From Escherichia coli (GTDB taxonomy: Bacteria; Pseudomonadota; Gammaproteobacteria; Enterobacterales; Enterobacteriaceae), in the NCBI RefSeq assembly GCF_051903065.1, contig NZ_CP178438.1: a stretch of DNA of 64,000 nucleotides. One strand, 5' to 3'. The notes beneath the pieces are model-generated. The model saw nothing but the letters and a program-made list of their open reading frames with translations, ran no database searches and was not told the DNA's origin. Positions 40,735-50,953 of the stretch are shown here, one piece after another (position 1 is the first letter of the stretch; each line of letters starts with the position of its first letter). The position numbers were made by a program, and so were the translations under genes.

Positions 40735-41793
40735 TTATTTGCGCAAGGCCCGGCAAATCAGATTCGATAGCAACTCAAGCTGATGTGCCGTTTCCATGTT
40801 CAGCCACACATAACCATAGATTGGTGTTTCCACAACCTTCAGGTCATGGTGGTTATTGAGCAACTGACGCAGCTCTTCCACAGCATCGTTCAATTTTTCC
40901 GTATTGGCAAAAACCGGCTGCGGATTACCTTCGTACAGCGCATGAACAAGGCTCAGCAGTATTTGCTGCATCATGTGCTGGGTATCACGAAGTTTTTGCG
41001 CGTTCAATAACACGAAATGGCTGGGGCGCGTGGCCCAGTACGCATTGATTTGCAACTCCAGCATACAAACCAGATTGCGATTAATGGTCTGGATACCTTC
41101 ATATATCGATTTTGGAATACGAGTTTCTTTGCTGGCGGGCGCAATCAGCCCACGCATTTTCACGGCATCGGTCAAGAGTTTTTGTAGATGGCTTTCCAGA
41201 CGTGGGCGTTCGAGTAAGTTCGGTGAGAATGCAGATTGATAGACCCGATTATACTCGGTCAGACTTTTCGCCAGTTGAATACGCCAGTGGATGAACGCCC
41301 GTTGTGGCCAGATACCGGTAAACAACATTGCCAGTAAAGAGCCGAGGATCACATCGCCGCTTCGCCATAACGCCGTATCAATTTCACCTGTCGGGGAACC
41401 CACAACAATTGCCAGCGTCACCCCAATCAATAATCCTTGATACGGTTTCTTGCCCAGCGCCAGCCAACCGCAAAGAAACATAGCCGCCGCGCACCAGACT
41501 AACATCAGCGGTAACGAAATTAACTCCAGTTGCAGAGCGATAAGACCTAAAATCGAACCCAACACCGTACCGCCAATACGTTCGAAGGCGCGAGGGACAA
41601 CGTTACCCCAGAACGAGATTGGCCCCATAATCACCACCATGGTGACCAGCGGCCAGGTGCTTTCCGGGATAGTAAACAGGCGGATAATGAGAAAAGTGAG
41701 CAGGAATGCCAGCGCGACCCGAGTACCATGCACAATGCGGTAATGGCGGTATACCCGGATTTCAAACGGGCTTAATGACTTATCGGCACGCAC
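40735..41793 (-). CDS. yeeA: Inner-membrane protein YeeA (FUSC-like)
   Basis: 352 aa with N-terminal TM bundle and soluble C-terminal domain; synteny. Confidence 0.8.
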   Translation of the reverse strand: MRADKSLSPFEIRVYRHYRIVHGTRVALAFLLTFLIIRLFTIPESTWPLVTMVVIMGPISFWGNVVPRAFERIGGTVLGSILGLIALQLELISLPLMLVWCAAAMFLCGWLALGKKPYQGLLIGVTLAIVVGSPTGEIDTALWRSGDVILGSLLAMLFTGIWPQRAFIHWRIQLAKSLTEYNRVYQSAFSPNLLERPRLESHLQKLLTDAVKMRGLIAPASKETRIPKSIYEGIQTINRNLVCMLELQINAYWATRPSHFVLLNAQKLRDTQHMMQQILLSLVHALYEGNPQPVFANTEKLNDAVEELRQLLNNHHDLKVVETPIYGYVWLNMETAHQLELLSNLICRALRK

Positions 41794-41991
41794 GCAGAAA
41801 CTCCGTAATGAAGATTAAAAGCGCTCATAACTCATCTGTCGGCCAGAAGGCGCGCCTCTGAATTATCCGACGGACAAACCGGGAACAGTGTAATTTCCCG
41901 GCAGGAGCGAAAAAATTGAAAGGCGCATCTTACTCTTTTCGCTTTCAAAAAAAAGAGTGGTCATCGCGTTAACACACCGCCCTGAGATGAA

Positions 41992-42465
41992 TTAGTGATG
42001 TTTTGGCTGCACAGCAACATACATTTCGATATCCCAGTACCCATCTTCCGCGCCATTGTTCAAATAAACCTCGAAGCAGGGCTTTGGTAACATTTCATAA
42101 GCACTGTCCTGCAAGAGGCTATTAAAGAACTGATACCAGGGTTTAGCAAAATCATCACCGACTACACGAGCTACCGCCACCGCATACTGACCACCTGAAA
42201 TTTCTGTCAGAATGACGCCCTCACTGTTTTCGGGAAGCGTAAAGTAACCCGGCACCGTCACGACGGTGTCGCAGCGTAATTTTTCGGCGGGTGTTTCATC
42301 TGGATTGTCGTAATAGACAGCAACCCACTCCTTCGGCACAATATTTTTACTATCTACCCACATCATCAACTGCTCAAAACCTTTCTTTACCGTCTGTTCC
42401 CACGGGCCAACGAGATGGAAACCTGCAACGGTACGTTTATCTTCCTGCTTAATCTCGTAGTTCAT
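41992..42465 (-). CDS. sbmC: DNA gyrase inhibitor SbmC (GyrI)
   Basis: 157 aa; recognised sequence; LexA box immediately upstream. Confidence 0.9.
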   Translation of the reverse strand: MNYEIKQEDKRTVAGFHLVGPWEQTVKKGFEQLMMWVDSKNIVPKEWVAVYYDNPDETPAEKLRCDTVVTVPGYFTLPENSEGVILTEISGGQYAVAVARVVGDDFAKPWYQFFNSLLQDSAYEMLPKPCFEVYLNNGAEDGYWDIEMYVAVQPKHH

Positions 42466-42479
42466 GACGCCTCCATTAA

Positions 42480-42499
42480 TACTGTTTTTATATACAGTA
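42480..42499. promoter_or_regulatory. LexA (SOS) box in the sbmC promoter
   Basis: TACTGTTTTTATATACAGTA, a perfect CTGT-N8-ACAG palindrome 15 bp upstream of the sbmC ATG. Confidence 0.75.
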
Positions 42500-42583
42500 T
42501 AGTTGCAATATTAAAACCACAAGGAATGAGTGTTGATTATGCGAGCAGACTCGCACTCCTGCCAGTCTGCTGCAAAAGAAAGG

Positions 42584-43756
42584 TCAGGCCTTATGGTGGA
42601 AATAATCACTCAGGCGAGAAAACATGCTGCCTTCCCCGACAGATTCCAGGGTAACCAGCGGCCAGTGCGCCACCTGTTTATCACGGTCGTAAAGTTCAAT
42701 TTCCCCTACCCGCTGATGGGCGCTAATTGGCGCGGTGAGCTCTTTACCATCAAGGGTATATTTGGCTTTGATATGTGGAATTTCGGCTTTCGGTAGTACC
42801 ATCCAGAACTCTTGTTCTGTTCCCAGGGCGATATTTTCTTTATCGCCATACCAGATGCGTTCCGTACCGACCTTTTTCCCACGGTGCAAAATTTGCACCG
42901 TAGTAAAGTTTTGTTGCCCCCAACGCAGTAATTTTCTTGCCTCTTCCTCACGACCTTTTGCGCTGTCAGCCCCCATTACCACTGCAATGAGACGACGCTG
43001 CCCATCTACAGCCGAAGCAATGAGATTAAACCCGGCACCAGAAGTATGACCCGTTTTCAGGCCGTCAATATTCATGGTTTTATCCCACAATAACCCGTTA
43101 CGGTTTTGCTGGGTGATACCGTTCCAGGTGAGACTTTTCTCACTGTACATATGATAAAACTCGGGCTCGCCGTGGATGATAGCGCGAGAAAGCACAGCTA
43201 AATCATAAGCCGAGCTATGCTGGCCAGGTGCATCCAGACCATGCACTGTTTCAAAATGCGTATCCTTGAGATGCAGCTTCTCGGCATAGTTGTTCATCAT
43301 TTCAACAAACTGCCGTTGCCCACCGGCAATATAGTCAGCCAGAGCAACACAAGCGTCATTTCCGGAATCAACAATTAAACCACGGCTTAAATCACGTACC
43401 GATACGCGATCGCCCTCTTTCAAAAACATCAGTGAAGAACCGACAAACACCGGATTATCTTTCGCCCACGCATCGCGCCCCACGGTGACAATATCGTCTG
43501 GCGTAATGCGATGACTATCGATAGCACGATCCACGACATAGCCCGTCATCAGCTTTGTCAGGCTGGCGGGATTGCGCTGTTGATGCTCATTACCCGCGGT
43601 GAGGATCTGTCCGGTGGTGTAATCCATCAGTACCCAGGACCCGGCATGAATCTCTGGAGGCTGAGGTGAAAAAGGAATGTTTTCCGCCGCAAAACCAGAC
43701 GATAAGTTAAAAACGAACAAAGAAGCAGCAATAATAAGACGGCGTTTCAACAGCAA
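42584..43756 (-). CDS. dacD: D-alanyl-D-alanine carboxypeptidase DacD (PBP6b)
   Basis: About 388 aa with signal peptide and SLTK (SxxK) active-site motif. Confidence 0.9.
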   Translation of the reverse strand: MLLKRRLIIAASLFVFNLSSGFAAENIPFSPQPPEIHAGSWVLMDYTTGQILTAGNEHQQRNPASLTKLMTGYVVDRAIDSHRITPDDIVTVGRDAWAKDNPVFVGSSLMFLKEGDRVSVRDLSRGLIVDSGNDACVALADYIAGGQRQFVEMMNNYAEKLHLKDTHFETVHGLDAPGQHSSAYDLAVLSRAIIHGEPEFYHMYSEKSLTWNGITQQNRNGLLWDKTMNIDGLKTGHTSGAGFNLIASAVDGQRRLIAVVMGADSAKGREEEARKLLRWGQQNFTTVQILHRGKKVGTERIWYGDKENIALGTEQEFWMVLPKAEIPHIKAKYTLDGKELTAPISAHQRVGEIELYDRDKQVAHWPLVTLESVGEGSMFSRLSDYFHHKA

Positions 43757-43958
43757 ACCCTCAGGAGTTTCAAATAGCTGTTCTTTTTACGGAAATACTT
43801 ATGAACTGGCTGGAATAAAGTGCAAGAAAATGTGACTACTCTCTCATTTTTATCTGACATGATCTGTTGCCACTCGCTGCCAAATTGTGGCGCTAAAGCT
43901 GATTAGCACGGTGATATTTGATACTCTGGCAGACAGCAGAAATAACGGATTTAACCTA

Positions 43959-45386
43959 ATGATGAATGACGGTAAGCAACAATCTACCTTTTTGTTTCAC
44001 GATTACGAAACCTTTGGCACGCACCCCGCGTTAGATCGCCCTGCACAGTTCGCAGCCATTCGCACCGATAGCGAATTCAATGTCATCGGCGAACCCGAAG
44101 TCTTTTACTGCAAGCCCGCTGATGACTATTTACCCCAGCCAGGAGCAGTATTAATTACCGGTATTACCCCGCAGGAAGCACGGGCGAAAGGAGAAAACGA
44201 AGCCGCGTTTGCCGCCCGTATTCACTCGCTTTTTACCGTACCGAAGACCTGTATTCTGGGCTACAACAATGTGCGTTTCGACGACGAAGTCACACGCAAC
44301 GTTTTTTATCGTAATTTCTACGATCCTTACGCCTGGAGCTGGCAGCATGATAACTCGCGCTGGGATTTACTGGATGTTATGCGTGCCTGTTATGCCCTGC
44401 GCCCGGAAGGAATAAACTGGCCTGAAAATGATGACGGTCTACCGAGCTTTCGCCTTGAGCATTTAACCAAAGCGAATGGTATTGAACATAGCAACGCCCA
44501 CGATGCGATGGCTGATGTGTACGCCACTATTGCGATGGCAAAGCTGGTAAAAACGCGTCAGCCACGCCTGTTTGATTATCTCTTTACCCATCGCAATAAA
44601 CACAAACTGATGGCGTTGATTGATGTTCCGCAGATGAAACCCCTGGTTCACGTTTCCGGAATGTTTGGGGCATGGCGCGGCAATACCAGCTGGGTGGCAC
44701 CGCTGGCGTGGCATCCTGAAAATCGCAATGCCGTAATTATGGTGGATTTGGCAGGAGACATTTCGCCATTACTGGAACTGGATAGCGACACATTGCGCGA
44801 GCGTTTATATACCGCAAAAGCCGATCTTGGCGATAACGCCGCCGTTCCGGTTAAGCTGGTGCATATCAATAAATGTCCGGTGCTGGCCCAGGCGAATACG
44901 CTACGCCCGGAAGATGCCGACCGACTGGGAATTAATCGTCAGCATTGCCTCGATAACCTGAAAATTCTGCGTGAAAATCCGCAAGTGCGCGAAAAAGTGG
45001 TGGCGATATTCGCGGAAGCCGAACCGTTTACGCCTTCAGATAACGTGGATGCACAGCTTTATAACGGCTTTTTCAGTGACGCCGATCGTGCAGCAATGAA
45101 AATTGTGCTGGAAACCGAGCCACGTAATTTACCGGCACTGGATATCACTTTTGTTGATAAACGAATTGAAAAACTGTTGTTCAATTATCGGGCGCGCAAC
45201 TTCCCGGGGACGCTGGATTATGCCGAGCAGCAACGCTGGCTGGAGCACCGCCGCCAGGTATTCACACCCGAGTTTTTACAAGGCTATGCAGAAGAGATTC
45301 AGATGCTGGCGCAGCAGTATGCCGACGATAAAGAAAAAGTGGCGCTGTTAAAAGCGCTTTGGCAGTACGCGGAAGAGATCGTCTAG
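43959..45386 (+). CDS. sbcB: Exodeoxyribonuclease I SbcB
   Basis: 475 aa from MMNDGKQQSTFLFHDYETFG (DnaQ-like exonuclease motif); the track's ORF is extended upstream. Confidence 0.92.
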   Translation: MMNDGKQQSTFLFHDYETFGTHPALDRPAQFAAIRTDSEFNVIGEPEVFYCKPADDYLPQPGAVLITGITPQEARAKGENEAAFAARIHSLFTVPKTCILGYNNVRFDDEVTRNVFYRNFYDPYAWSWQHDNSRWDLLDVMRACYALRPEGINWPENDDGLPSFRLEHLTKANGIEHSNAHDAMADVYATIAMAKLVKTRQPRLFDYLFTHRNKHKLMALIDVPQMKPLVHVSGMFGAWRGNTSWVAPLAWHPENRNAVIMVDLAGDISPLLELDSDTLRERLYTAKADLGDNAAVPVKLVHINKCPVLAQANTLRPEDADRLGINRQHCLDNLKILRENPQVREKVVAIFAEAEPFTPSDNVDAQLYNGFFSDADRAAMKIVLETEPRNLPALDITFVDKRIEKLLFNYRARNFPGTLDYAEQQRWLEHRRQVFTPEFLQGYAEEIQMLAQQYADDKEKVALLKALWQYAEEIV

Positions 45387-45392
45387 TTTGAA

Positions 45393-45417
45393 GCCTCCGC
45401 CGCTGATACGGCGGAGG
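45393..45417. terminator. GC-rich hairpin between convergent sbcB and yeeD
   Basis: CCTCCGCCG-CTGATA-CGGCGGAGG; no clear U-tract. Confidence 0.4.
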
Positions 45418-45428
45418 ACAATGTTGGG

Positions 45429-45656
45429 TCAGGCTTTTTGAACGGTGATGCTCCACGCAGCATCGCCAATCTGCTGATAATCGGTGATGGCATGTCCTTC
45501 TTCTGCCGCCCACTGTGGGATTGCTTCAGTTGCCTGGGTGCAATCAAACTCAATTACCAACTCATCGCCGCTGGCCATTTCTGCCAGTGCTGCTTTTGCT
45601 TCTATGAGCGGAAACGGACAGACCTGCGTCACCACATCCAGCTTTTTAATCGCCAT
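45429..45656 (-). CDS. yeeD: TusA-like sulfurtransferase YeeD
   Basis: 75 aa with CPFP (CPxP) motif at the N-terminus. Confidence 0.85.
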   Translation of the reverse strand: MAIKKLDVVTQVCPFPLIEAKAALAEMASGDELVIEFDCTQATEAIPQWAAEEGHAITDYQQIGDAAWSITVQKA

Positions 45657-45669
45657 CTTTACACCTTAC

Positions 45670-46728
45670 TTAATTTGCCGCAGCAGTTGCCAGTCGCGCC
45701 TTACGCTGCGGTCGAACATACACAAGCCAGGACGCAGTCCAGACTCCGAGAATCATAAATACAAGGCCAATCCAGCCCTGCCAGGTCATCATTGCAGTCA
45801 TAACCAGTCCATTACCGATAGAGCAACCACCTGCAATACTGGCACCGAAGCCCATCAGTACACCACCTAACCCGCTACGTACTGTTGTTTGTGCATCAGC
45901 TGCGCGAACGCGGAACTCACGGCTCGCTTTGGCTGCAATAAATGACCCCACGAAGATCCCTAACACCAGGAAAACGCCCCAGTTAATGTATTTCACGTCA
46001 CCCGCGACCAGAAATTGCAGAATATTGGCCGTTGGGGAAGTGATTCCTAACCCAAACATGCGTCCGGTTGCTTCACTCAGGGGCCAGGCTAAAAGCGCAA
46101 TCAAACCGATGAGTACAGCAGTGACAAAGGGATGCCAGCGTTTTTCAAACAGAATATGAGCGATCCCGGTTCGGCGCGGCGGTAAAGTCGCGACTTTCAG
46201 TTTTGGCTTCTTCAACTCTTTCATCACCACCCAGAGCGTTATCACCAGCAAAACGGCGACCAACGGCCACACAGACAAATTAAAAGTCTCAGCAATAGAG
46301 TTATGTTCAGTAGTGTAGTGCTGCAAGGTTTGATTTAAACCACTGGCATGTGGAGAACGCATCACCGCACTCATCACCATATAAGTGAAAAGCGCGATCC
46401 AACTGCCGATCAATCCCTCACCCGCGCGATACCAGGTCCCGGTGGCACATCCACCCGCCAGAACAATTCCCAGCCCGAAGATATACCCACCTATAACAGT
46501 ACCAAGCCACGGGAACGCCCCGGCTTCGTAAGTCAGTAGGCCCGCCTGAATTAACGCAAAAACCCCCACGCTTTGTACCGAAATTGCAATCAGCAGGGCG
46601 TAAAACATGCGATTATTTTTCGCGATATACATATCGCGAAAACCACCTGTCAGGCAAAAACGCCCACGCTGCATGACAAATCCCAGCAGAGCACCACAAA
46701 TTAGCCCGCTTAATATCATTGAAAACAT
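45670..46728 (-). CDS. yeeE: YeeE/YedE-family membrane transporter (thiosulfate uptake)
   Basis: 352-aa polytopic membrane protein directly upstream of yeeD. Confidence 0.85.
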   Translation of the reverse strand: MFSMILSGLICGALLGFVMQRGRFCLTGGFRDMYIAKNNRMFYALLIAISVQSVGVFALIQAGLLTYEAGAFPWLGTVIGGYIFGLGIVLAGGCATGTWYRAGEGLIGSWIALFTYMVMSAVMRSPHASGLNQTLQHYTTEHNSIAETFNLSVWPLVAVLLVITLWVVMKELKKPKLKVATLPPRRTGIAHILFEKRWHPFVTAVLIGLIALLAWPLSEATGRMFGLGITSPTANILQFLVAGDVKYINWGVFLVLGIFVGSFIAAKASREFRVRAADAQTTVRSGLGGVLMGFGASIAGGCSIGNGLVMTAMMTWQGWIGLVFMILGVWTASWLVYVRPQRKARLATAAAN

Positions 46729-46906
46729 AAATTAATTAACCAGATGAATGTTAATGAGGAAATTATTCATGACTGGTGGAATGCAGACCAATAACCAAAT
46801 TCTCTAAATTAGAACAAATGGTTATTAATGAGGATTTCGATAAAAAAGAATAAAAAAACCGGAGCCAAATGTTCATTCGACTCCGGTTGATTATTAGAAA
46901 AGATGA

Positions 46907-48265
46907 TTATGCTACGTCTTCGTACTGCGGAACCGGGTTACGGAAGCTCTTGGTGACGCAAGCCAGGTAAATCAGACCGATAGCAGCCCAGATCAGACCC
47001 AGAACCATTGAGCTTTCTTCCAGGTTAACCCACAGTGCACCAACGGTCAGCGCACCACACATCGGCAGGAACAGATACTGGAAGTGATCTTTCAGCGTCT
47101 TATTACGCTTCTCACGGATCCAGAACTGCGAGATGACCGACAGGTTAACGAAGGTAAACGCCACCAGCGCACCAAAGTTGATCAGCGCCGTAGCCATTAC
47201 CAGGTCGAAGTTGATTGCCAGCAAGGCAATCGCGCCAACCAGGATGATGTTCATCGCCGGAGTACGCCATTTCGGGTGTACATAACCGAAGAAGCTTTTC
47301 GGGAACACGCCGTCACGACCCATTACGTACATCAGACGCGCTACGCCTGCGTGCGCCGCCATACCGGACGCCAGTACGGTAATGGTGGAGAAGATCAGCG
47401 CGCCAACCTGGAACGCTTTACCCGCAACGTACAGCATAATTTCAGGCTGTGACGCATCCGGATCTTTAAAGCGAGAGATATCCGGGAAGTACAGCTGCAG
47501 GAAGTAAGTTGCAAAGATGAAGATCATGCCGCCAATCAGCGCGGTAAGGAAAATCGCACGCGGGATCACGCGCTCTGCATCTTTGGTTTCTTCCGACAGG
47601 TTGCTGATGCCGTCAAAGCCGGTAAAGGAGAAGCACAGGATTGTCGCCCCGGTAATCATCGGGATAACATGCGCATCGCCAGACCAGAATGGACGAGTGC
47701 TCGCCAGCGTACCAGCGCCTTCACCTTCAAATACGCCATAAACAACCATGCCCAGAATCACCGCGATCAGCACTACCTGCAACACGACGATTACAGTGTT
47801 GAAGTTCGCTACGGATTTCAGACTACGCAGGTTAAAGGCGGTCATAAAGGCCACCAGCGCCACCACAAACATCCACGATGGGATGGAAGGCACCAGAGCT
47901 TCAAAATAGATTTTCGCCAGCAGAATGTTGATCATCGGCGCGAACAGATAGTCGAGCAGAGAAGACCAACCCACCATAAAGCCGACAGTCGGGCTAATGG
48001 ATTTCTGGGCGTAAGTATATGCAGAGCCAGCAGAAGGATAGCGGCGAACCAGCTTCCCGTAGCTCAGAGCCGTAAACAGGATCGCAATCAATGCGAACGC
48101 ATAGGCTGTCGGCACATGACCATCCGTGAGGCCTGAAACGATACCAAAAGTATCAAACAGCGTCATCGGCTGCATATAGGCAAGACCCATCATTACAACC
48201 GGAACTAACGTAAGCGTTTTACGCAATTCCACGCGAGAGGTGTTTGGAGTAACGTTATGCGACAT
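46907..48265 (-). CDS. plaP: APC-family putrescine importer PlaP (YeeF)
   Basis: About 452 aa from [16 protein letters not shown]; 12 TM helices; AAGGAG RBS. Confidence 0.85.
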   Translation of the reverse strand: MSHNVTPNTSRVELRKTLTLVPVVMMGLAYMQPMTLFDTFGIVSGLTDGHVPTAYAFALIAILFTALSYGKLVRRYPSAGSAYTYAQKSISPTVGFMVGWSSLLDYLFAPMINILLAKIYFEALVPSIPSWMFVVALVAFMTAFNLRSLKSVANFNTVIVVLQVVLIAVILGMVVYGVFEGEGAGTLASTRPFWSGDAHVIPMITGATILCFSFTGFDGISNLSEETKDAERVIPRAIFLTALIGGMIFIFATYFLQLYFPDISRFKDPDASQPEIMLYVAGKAFQVGALIFSTITVLASGMAAHAGVARLMYVMGRDGVFPKSFFGYVHPKWRTPAMNIILVGAIALLAINFDLVMATALINFGALVAFTFVNLSVISQFWIREKRNKTLKDHFQYLFLPMCGALTVGALWVNLEESSMVLGLIWAAIGLIYLACVTKSFRNPVPQYEDVA

Positions 48266-48317
48266 GGTCATTCTCCTTTACGGTGATAACCGTCGCGTAA
48301 GCAAAAAATTGCCCCAT
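48255..48317 (-). CDS. yoeI: 20-codon upstream small ORF overlapping the plaP start (YoeI-like; [20 protein letters not shown])
   Basis: My own translation: ATG at 48315-48317 to TAA at 48255-48257 on the minus strand. It contains the plaP RBS and start codon in another frame. Sequence agrees with my recollection of the K-12 small protein YoeI. Confidence 0.5.
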   Translation of the reverse strand: MGQFFAYATVITVKENDHVA

Positions 48318-48413
48318 TTTTTTGGATTCCTCAGCGACAACAACTGTCGATTTTTAGTAAATATCTATCCGGTACGAAGCCCGGCCTCTTGGTATGAATG
48401 ATTGGTTTGAAGC

Positions 48414-48450
48414 AAAAAATAACCGACGCTGATGAAACGTCGGTTTTTAG
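48414..48450. terminator. Bidirectional intrinsic terminator downstream of yeeY
   Basis: AAAAAAT-AACCGACG-CTGATGAAA-CGTCGGTT-TTTAG. Confidence 0.55.
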
Positions 48451-48531
48451 TCATTTTTTGACAGCGGCGCATTGTGCCTAAATGGGGGGGAAATGACAAG
48501 AGAATGAGAGGCTTGTCATAATAATTTTTCT

Positions 48532-49461
48532 TTAAATGGCTGATTTTCCGTCATCAGATTTTGCATAAACACCGGCGATCGCACTATTTGCTAAAATTTC
48601 ATCCCGCCACCAGCCGCTGGCAAGCCCTGCGGTCTGTTCATTCCAGCCAATCCAGACGGGTTCAAAGAGAGTTTGGGCGACCACTTTCTTCTCGATTAAC
48701 GCGCCACTATCGAGAAAACGTTGCGCCAGATAACGGGGTAAATAGCCGCAGCCGAGGCCGCTAATTTGCAGCTCCAGCTTGGTTTTAAAATCGAAAACGG
48801 TAATGGCTTCTTGTTCGTCGAGAAGTTGTGAGGCCGTAGAAGCGCCTGCCTGCGCAGTGTCCCCCACCACAATCGCCCGATATCGCTTAATGATACGACG
48901 GTTTAACGGCTCTTCTTCCTGGGCTAACGGATGATGAGGCGCGACCGCAAAGACTTGTTCCAGATCGCCCAACCGCGAGAAACCAAACTCACTGGAAGAT
49001 GGTGGCTCATGCATCGCGCCAACAATAATATCCGCTCGCCCCTGAGTCAGGGCATCCCATGAACCACCGAGTACGCCATTGATAAACTTCAGGCGCGTCA
49101 CGCTATGATGTTGATAAAAAGCTTCAATGAGTGGCGCAAGCAGAGAAAAAGGAAACGTGTCGTCCACGCCAATCACCAGTTCGTTTTCCCAGCCTTCATG
49201 CAGTTTGATCGCCTGCTTTTCCAGTTCCCGCACGGTATGCAGAACTTCCCGCCCTTTCTCTAATAACATTTTTCCGGTGCGGGTGAATTTAGCGCGGTGA
49301 CCGCTACGATCAAGCAATTGAATATTAAGGTCGCTTTCCAGCTTGTGAACGGTGTAACTCAGAGCGGACGGCGTCTTGTAGAGTTTGGCCGACGCCGCCG
49401 CAAAACTGCCTTCTTTTTCTAAGGCATCGAGGATCATCAACACATCCAGCAGTGGTTTCAT
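48532..49461 (-). CDS. yeeY: LysR-family transcriptional regulator YeeY
   Basis: 309 aa from MKPLLDVLMILDALEKEGSFAAASAKLYKTPSALSYTV (HTH). Confidence 0.8.
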   Translation of the reverse strand: MKPLLDVLMILDALEKEGSFAAASAKLYKTPSALSYTVHKLESDLNIQLLDRSGHRAKFTRTGKMLLEKGREVLHTVRELEKQAIKLHEGWENELVIGVDDTFPFSLLAPLIEAFYQHHSVTRLKFINGVLGGSWDALTQGRADIIVGAMHEPPSSSEFGFSRLGDLEQVFAVAPHHPLAQEEEPLNRRIIKRYRAIVVGDTAQAGASTASQLLDEQEAITVFDFKTKLELQISGLGCGYLPRYLAQRFLDSGALIEKKVVAQTLFEPVWIGWNEQTAGLASGWWRDEILANSAIAGVYAKSDDGKSAI

Positions 49462-49506
49462 ACACGCCCCCTTGCAGTGCATGCGGCGTCCTGCTGGCGT
49501 GATCGT

Positions 49507-50331
49507 TTACTCCAGCGGCATTACCAGCGGATCGGGATACTGGTATTCAAACCCCAGTTCATTACAAATCCGACTGCCATCAATAATCTTACCTTTGCCG
49601 CTGTCCAGACTATTTCTGAACTGCGGAGGTTCCAGCCCCAGTAAACGGGCCATCTGCGGATAGAAAACATTACGCGCAGGGTGAGCTGGCGCACATATAT
49701 TATAGATGTGTCCGCCTTTAGGTGCCTGTAACAACAGAGTGATAGCGCCAATAACATCTTCTAAATGGACTAAATTAACACCATGTTCACCATCAGGCGC
49801 AGTTTTTCCGGCAAAGAAGCGTCCGGGATGACGTCCCGGTCCGACCAGCCCCGCAAGACGCAGAATATCGACCGAAGTACCGGGTAAATTGTGCAGCCAG
49901 TCTTCGAGTTCTTCTAATACTCGTCCACTGTTGGTCACCGGATTACGCGGGGTGGTTTCTTTCACCGTGCCTTGCGCGTCGCCATAGACAGACGTTGAGC
50001 TGGTAAAAATAATGCGGGGAATACGATGGGCCAGCGCGCTATCCACTAACTCTTGTACCGCTTGTAAATAGAACTCATCGCCGGGGCCGCTACGACGTGC
50101 CGGAAGCGTAATGACCAGGGCGTCGGCATCCATCAGGGCATCCAGATCGTCAGAATCGCAAACTAACTCAGGCTCCATGCGAAGCAGATAGCTATCAATG
50201 CCACTCATTCGGGCCGCTTCGACACCATCTTGTGTGGTTTTACTCCCGGTGACTTGCCAGCCTCGCGCTGAAAGTGACATCGCCAGCGGCATGCCTAACC
50301 ACCCTAACCCGACAATTGCGACCTTTTTCAT
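49507..50331 (-). CDS. yeeZ: NAD-dependent epimerase/dehydratase-like protein YeeZ
   Basis: 274 aa; Rossmann N-terminus MKKVAIVGLGWLG. Confidence 0.8.
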   Translation of the reverse strand: MKKVAIVGLGWLGMPLAMSLSARGWQVTGSKTTQDGVEAARMSGIDSYLLRMEPELVCDSDDLDALMDADALVITLPARRSGPGDEFYLQAVQELVDSALAHRIPRIIFTSSTSVYGDAQGTVKETTPRNPVTNSGRVLEELEDWLHNLPGTSVDILRLAGLVGPGRHPGRFFAGKTAPDGEHGVNLVHLEDVIGAITLLLQAPKGGHIYNICAPAHPARNVFYPQMARLLGLEPPQFRNSLDSGKGKIIDGSRICNELGFEYQYPDPLVMPLE

Positions 50332-50435
50332 CCGTTATCTCCTGATACACCTTAGATCTATAAGGCTACGCTAGCGTATCAAAACTGACAATTCATTCTA
50401 TGAATGAAATCGAAACGGTTAGCAAATATACCATT

Positions 50436-50535
50436 GCCTGATGCGCTCCGCTTATCAGTCCTACAAAAACTTCAATATATTGAATTTACGCAACATTTGT
50501 AGACCAGATAAGGCATTCACGCCGCATCCGGCAGG
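50436..50535. repeat. BIME (two inverted REP units) between yeeZ and hisL
   Basis: GCCTGATGCGCTCCGCTTATCAGTCCTAC ... GTAGACCAGATAAGGCATTCACGCCGCATCCGGCAGG. Confidence 0.6.
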
Positions 50536-50757
50536 AACAAAGCCCACTTTAGTTACAGAACACAATGTTCTTGAGGGTTTTAAAGACATATTTTCACGAT
50601 TACTTCTCTAACGTAGTCACTCCAGGCCCCCACCTTTCCCCGCTCATTCATTAAACAAATCCATTGCCATAAAATATATAAAAAAGCCCTTGCTTTCTAA
50701 CGTGAAAGTGGTTTAGGTTAAAAGACATCAGTTGAATAAACATTCACAGAGACTTTT

Positions 50758-50808
50758 ATGACACGCGTTCAATTTAAACACCACCATCATCACCATCATC
50801 CTGACTAG
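50758..50808 (+). CDS. hisL: his operon leader peptide HisL (MTRVQFKHHHHHHHPD)
   Basis: 16 codons with seven consecutive His codons. Confidence 0.95.
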   Translation: MTRVQFKHHHHHHHPD

Positions 50809-50870
50809 TCTTTCAGGCGATGTGTGCTGGAAGACATTCAGATCTTCCAGTGGTGCATGAACGCATGAGA

Positions 50871-50907
50871 AAGCCCCCGGAAGATCACCTTCCGGGGGCT
50901 TTTTTAT
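50871..50907 (+). terminator. his attenuator terminator
   Basis: AAGCCCCCGGAAG-ATCAC-CTTCCGGGGGCTT followed by TTTTTATT, directly upstream of hisG. Confidence 0.85.
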
Positions 50908-50953
50908 TGCGCGATTGATAACGGTTCAGACAGGTTTAAAGAGGAATAAGAAA

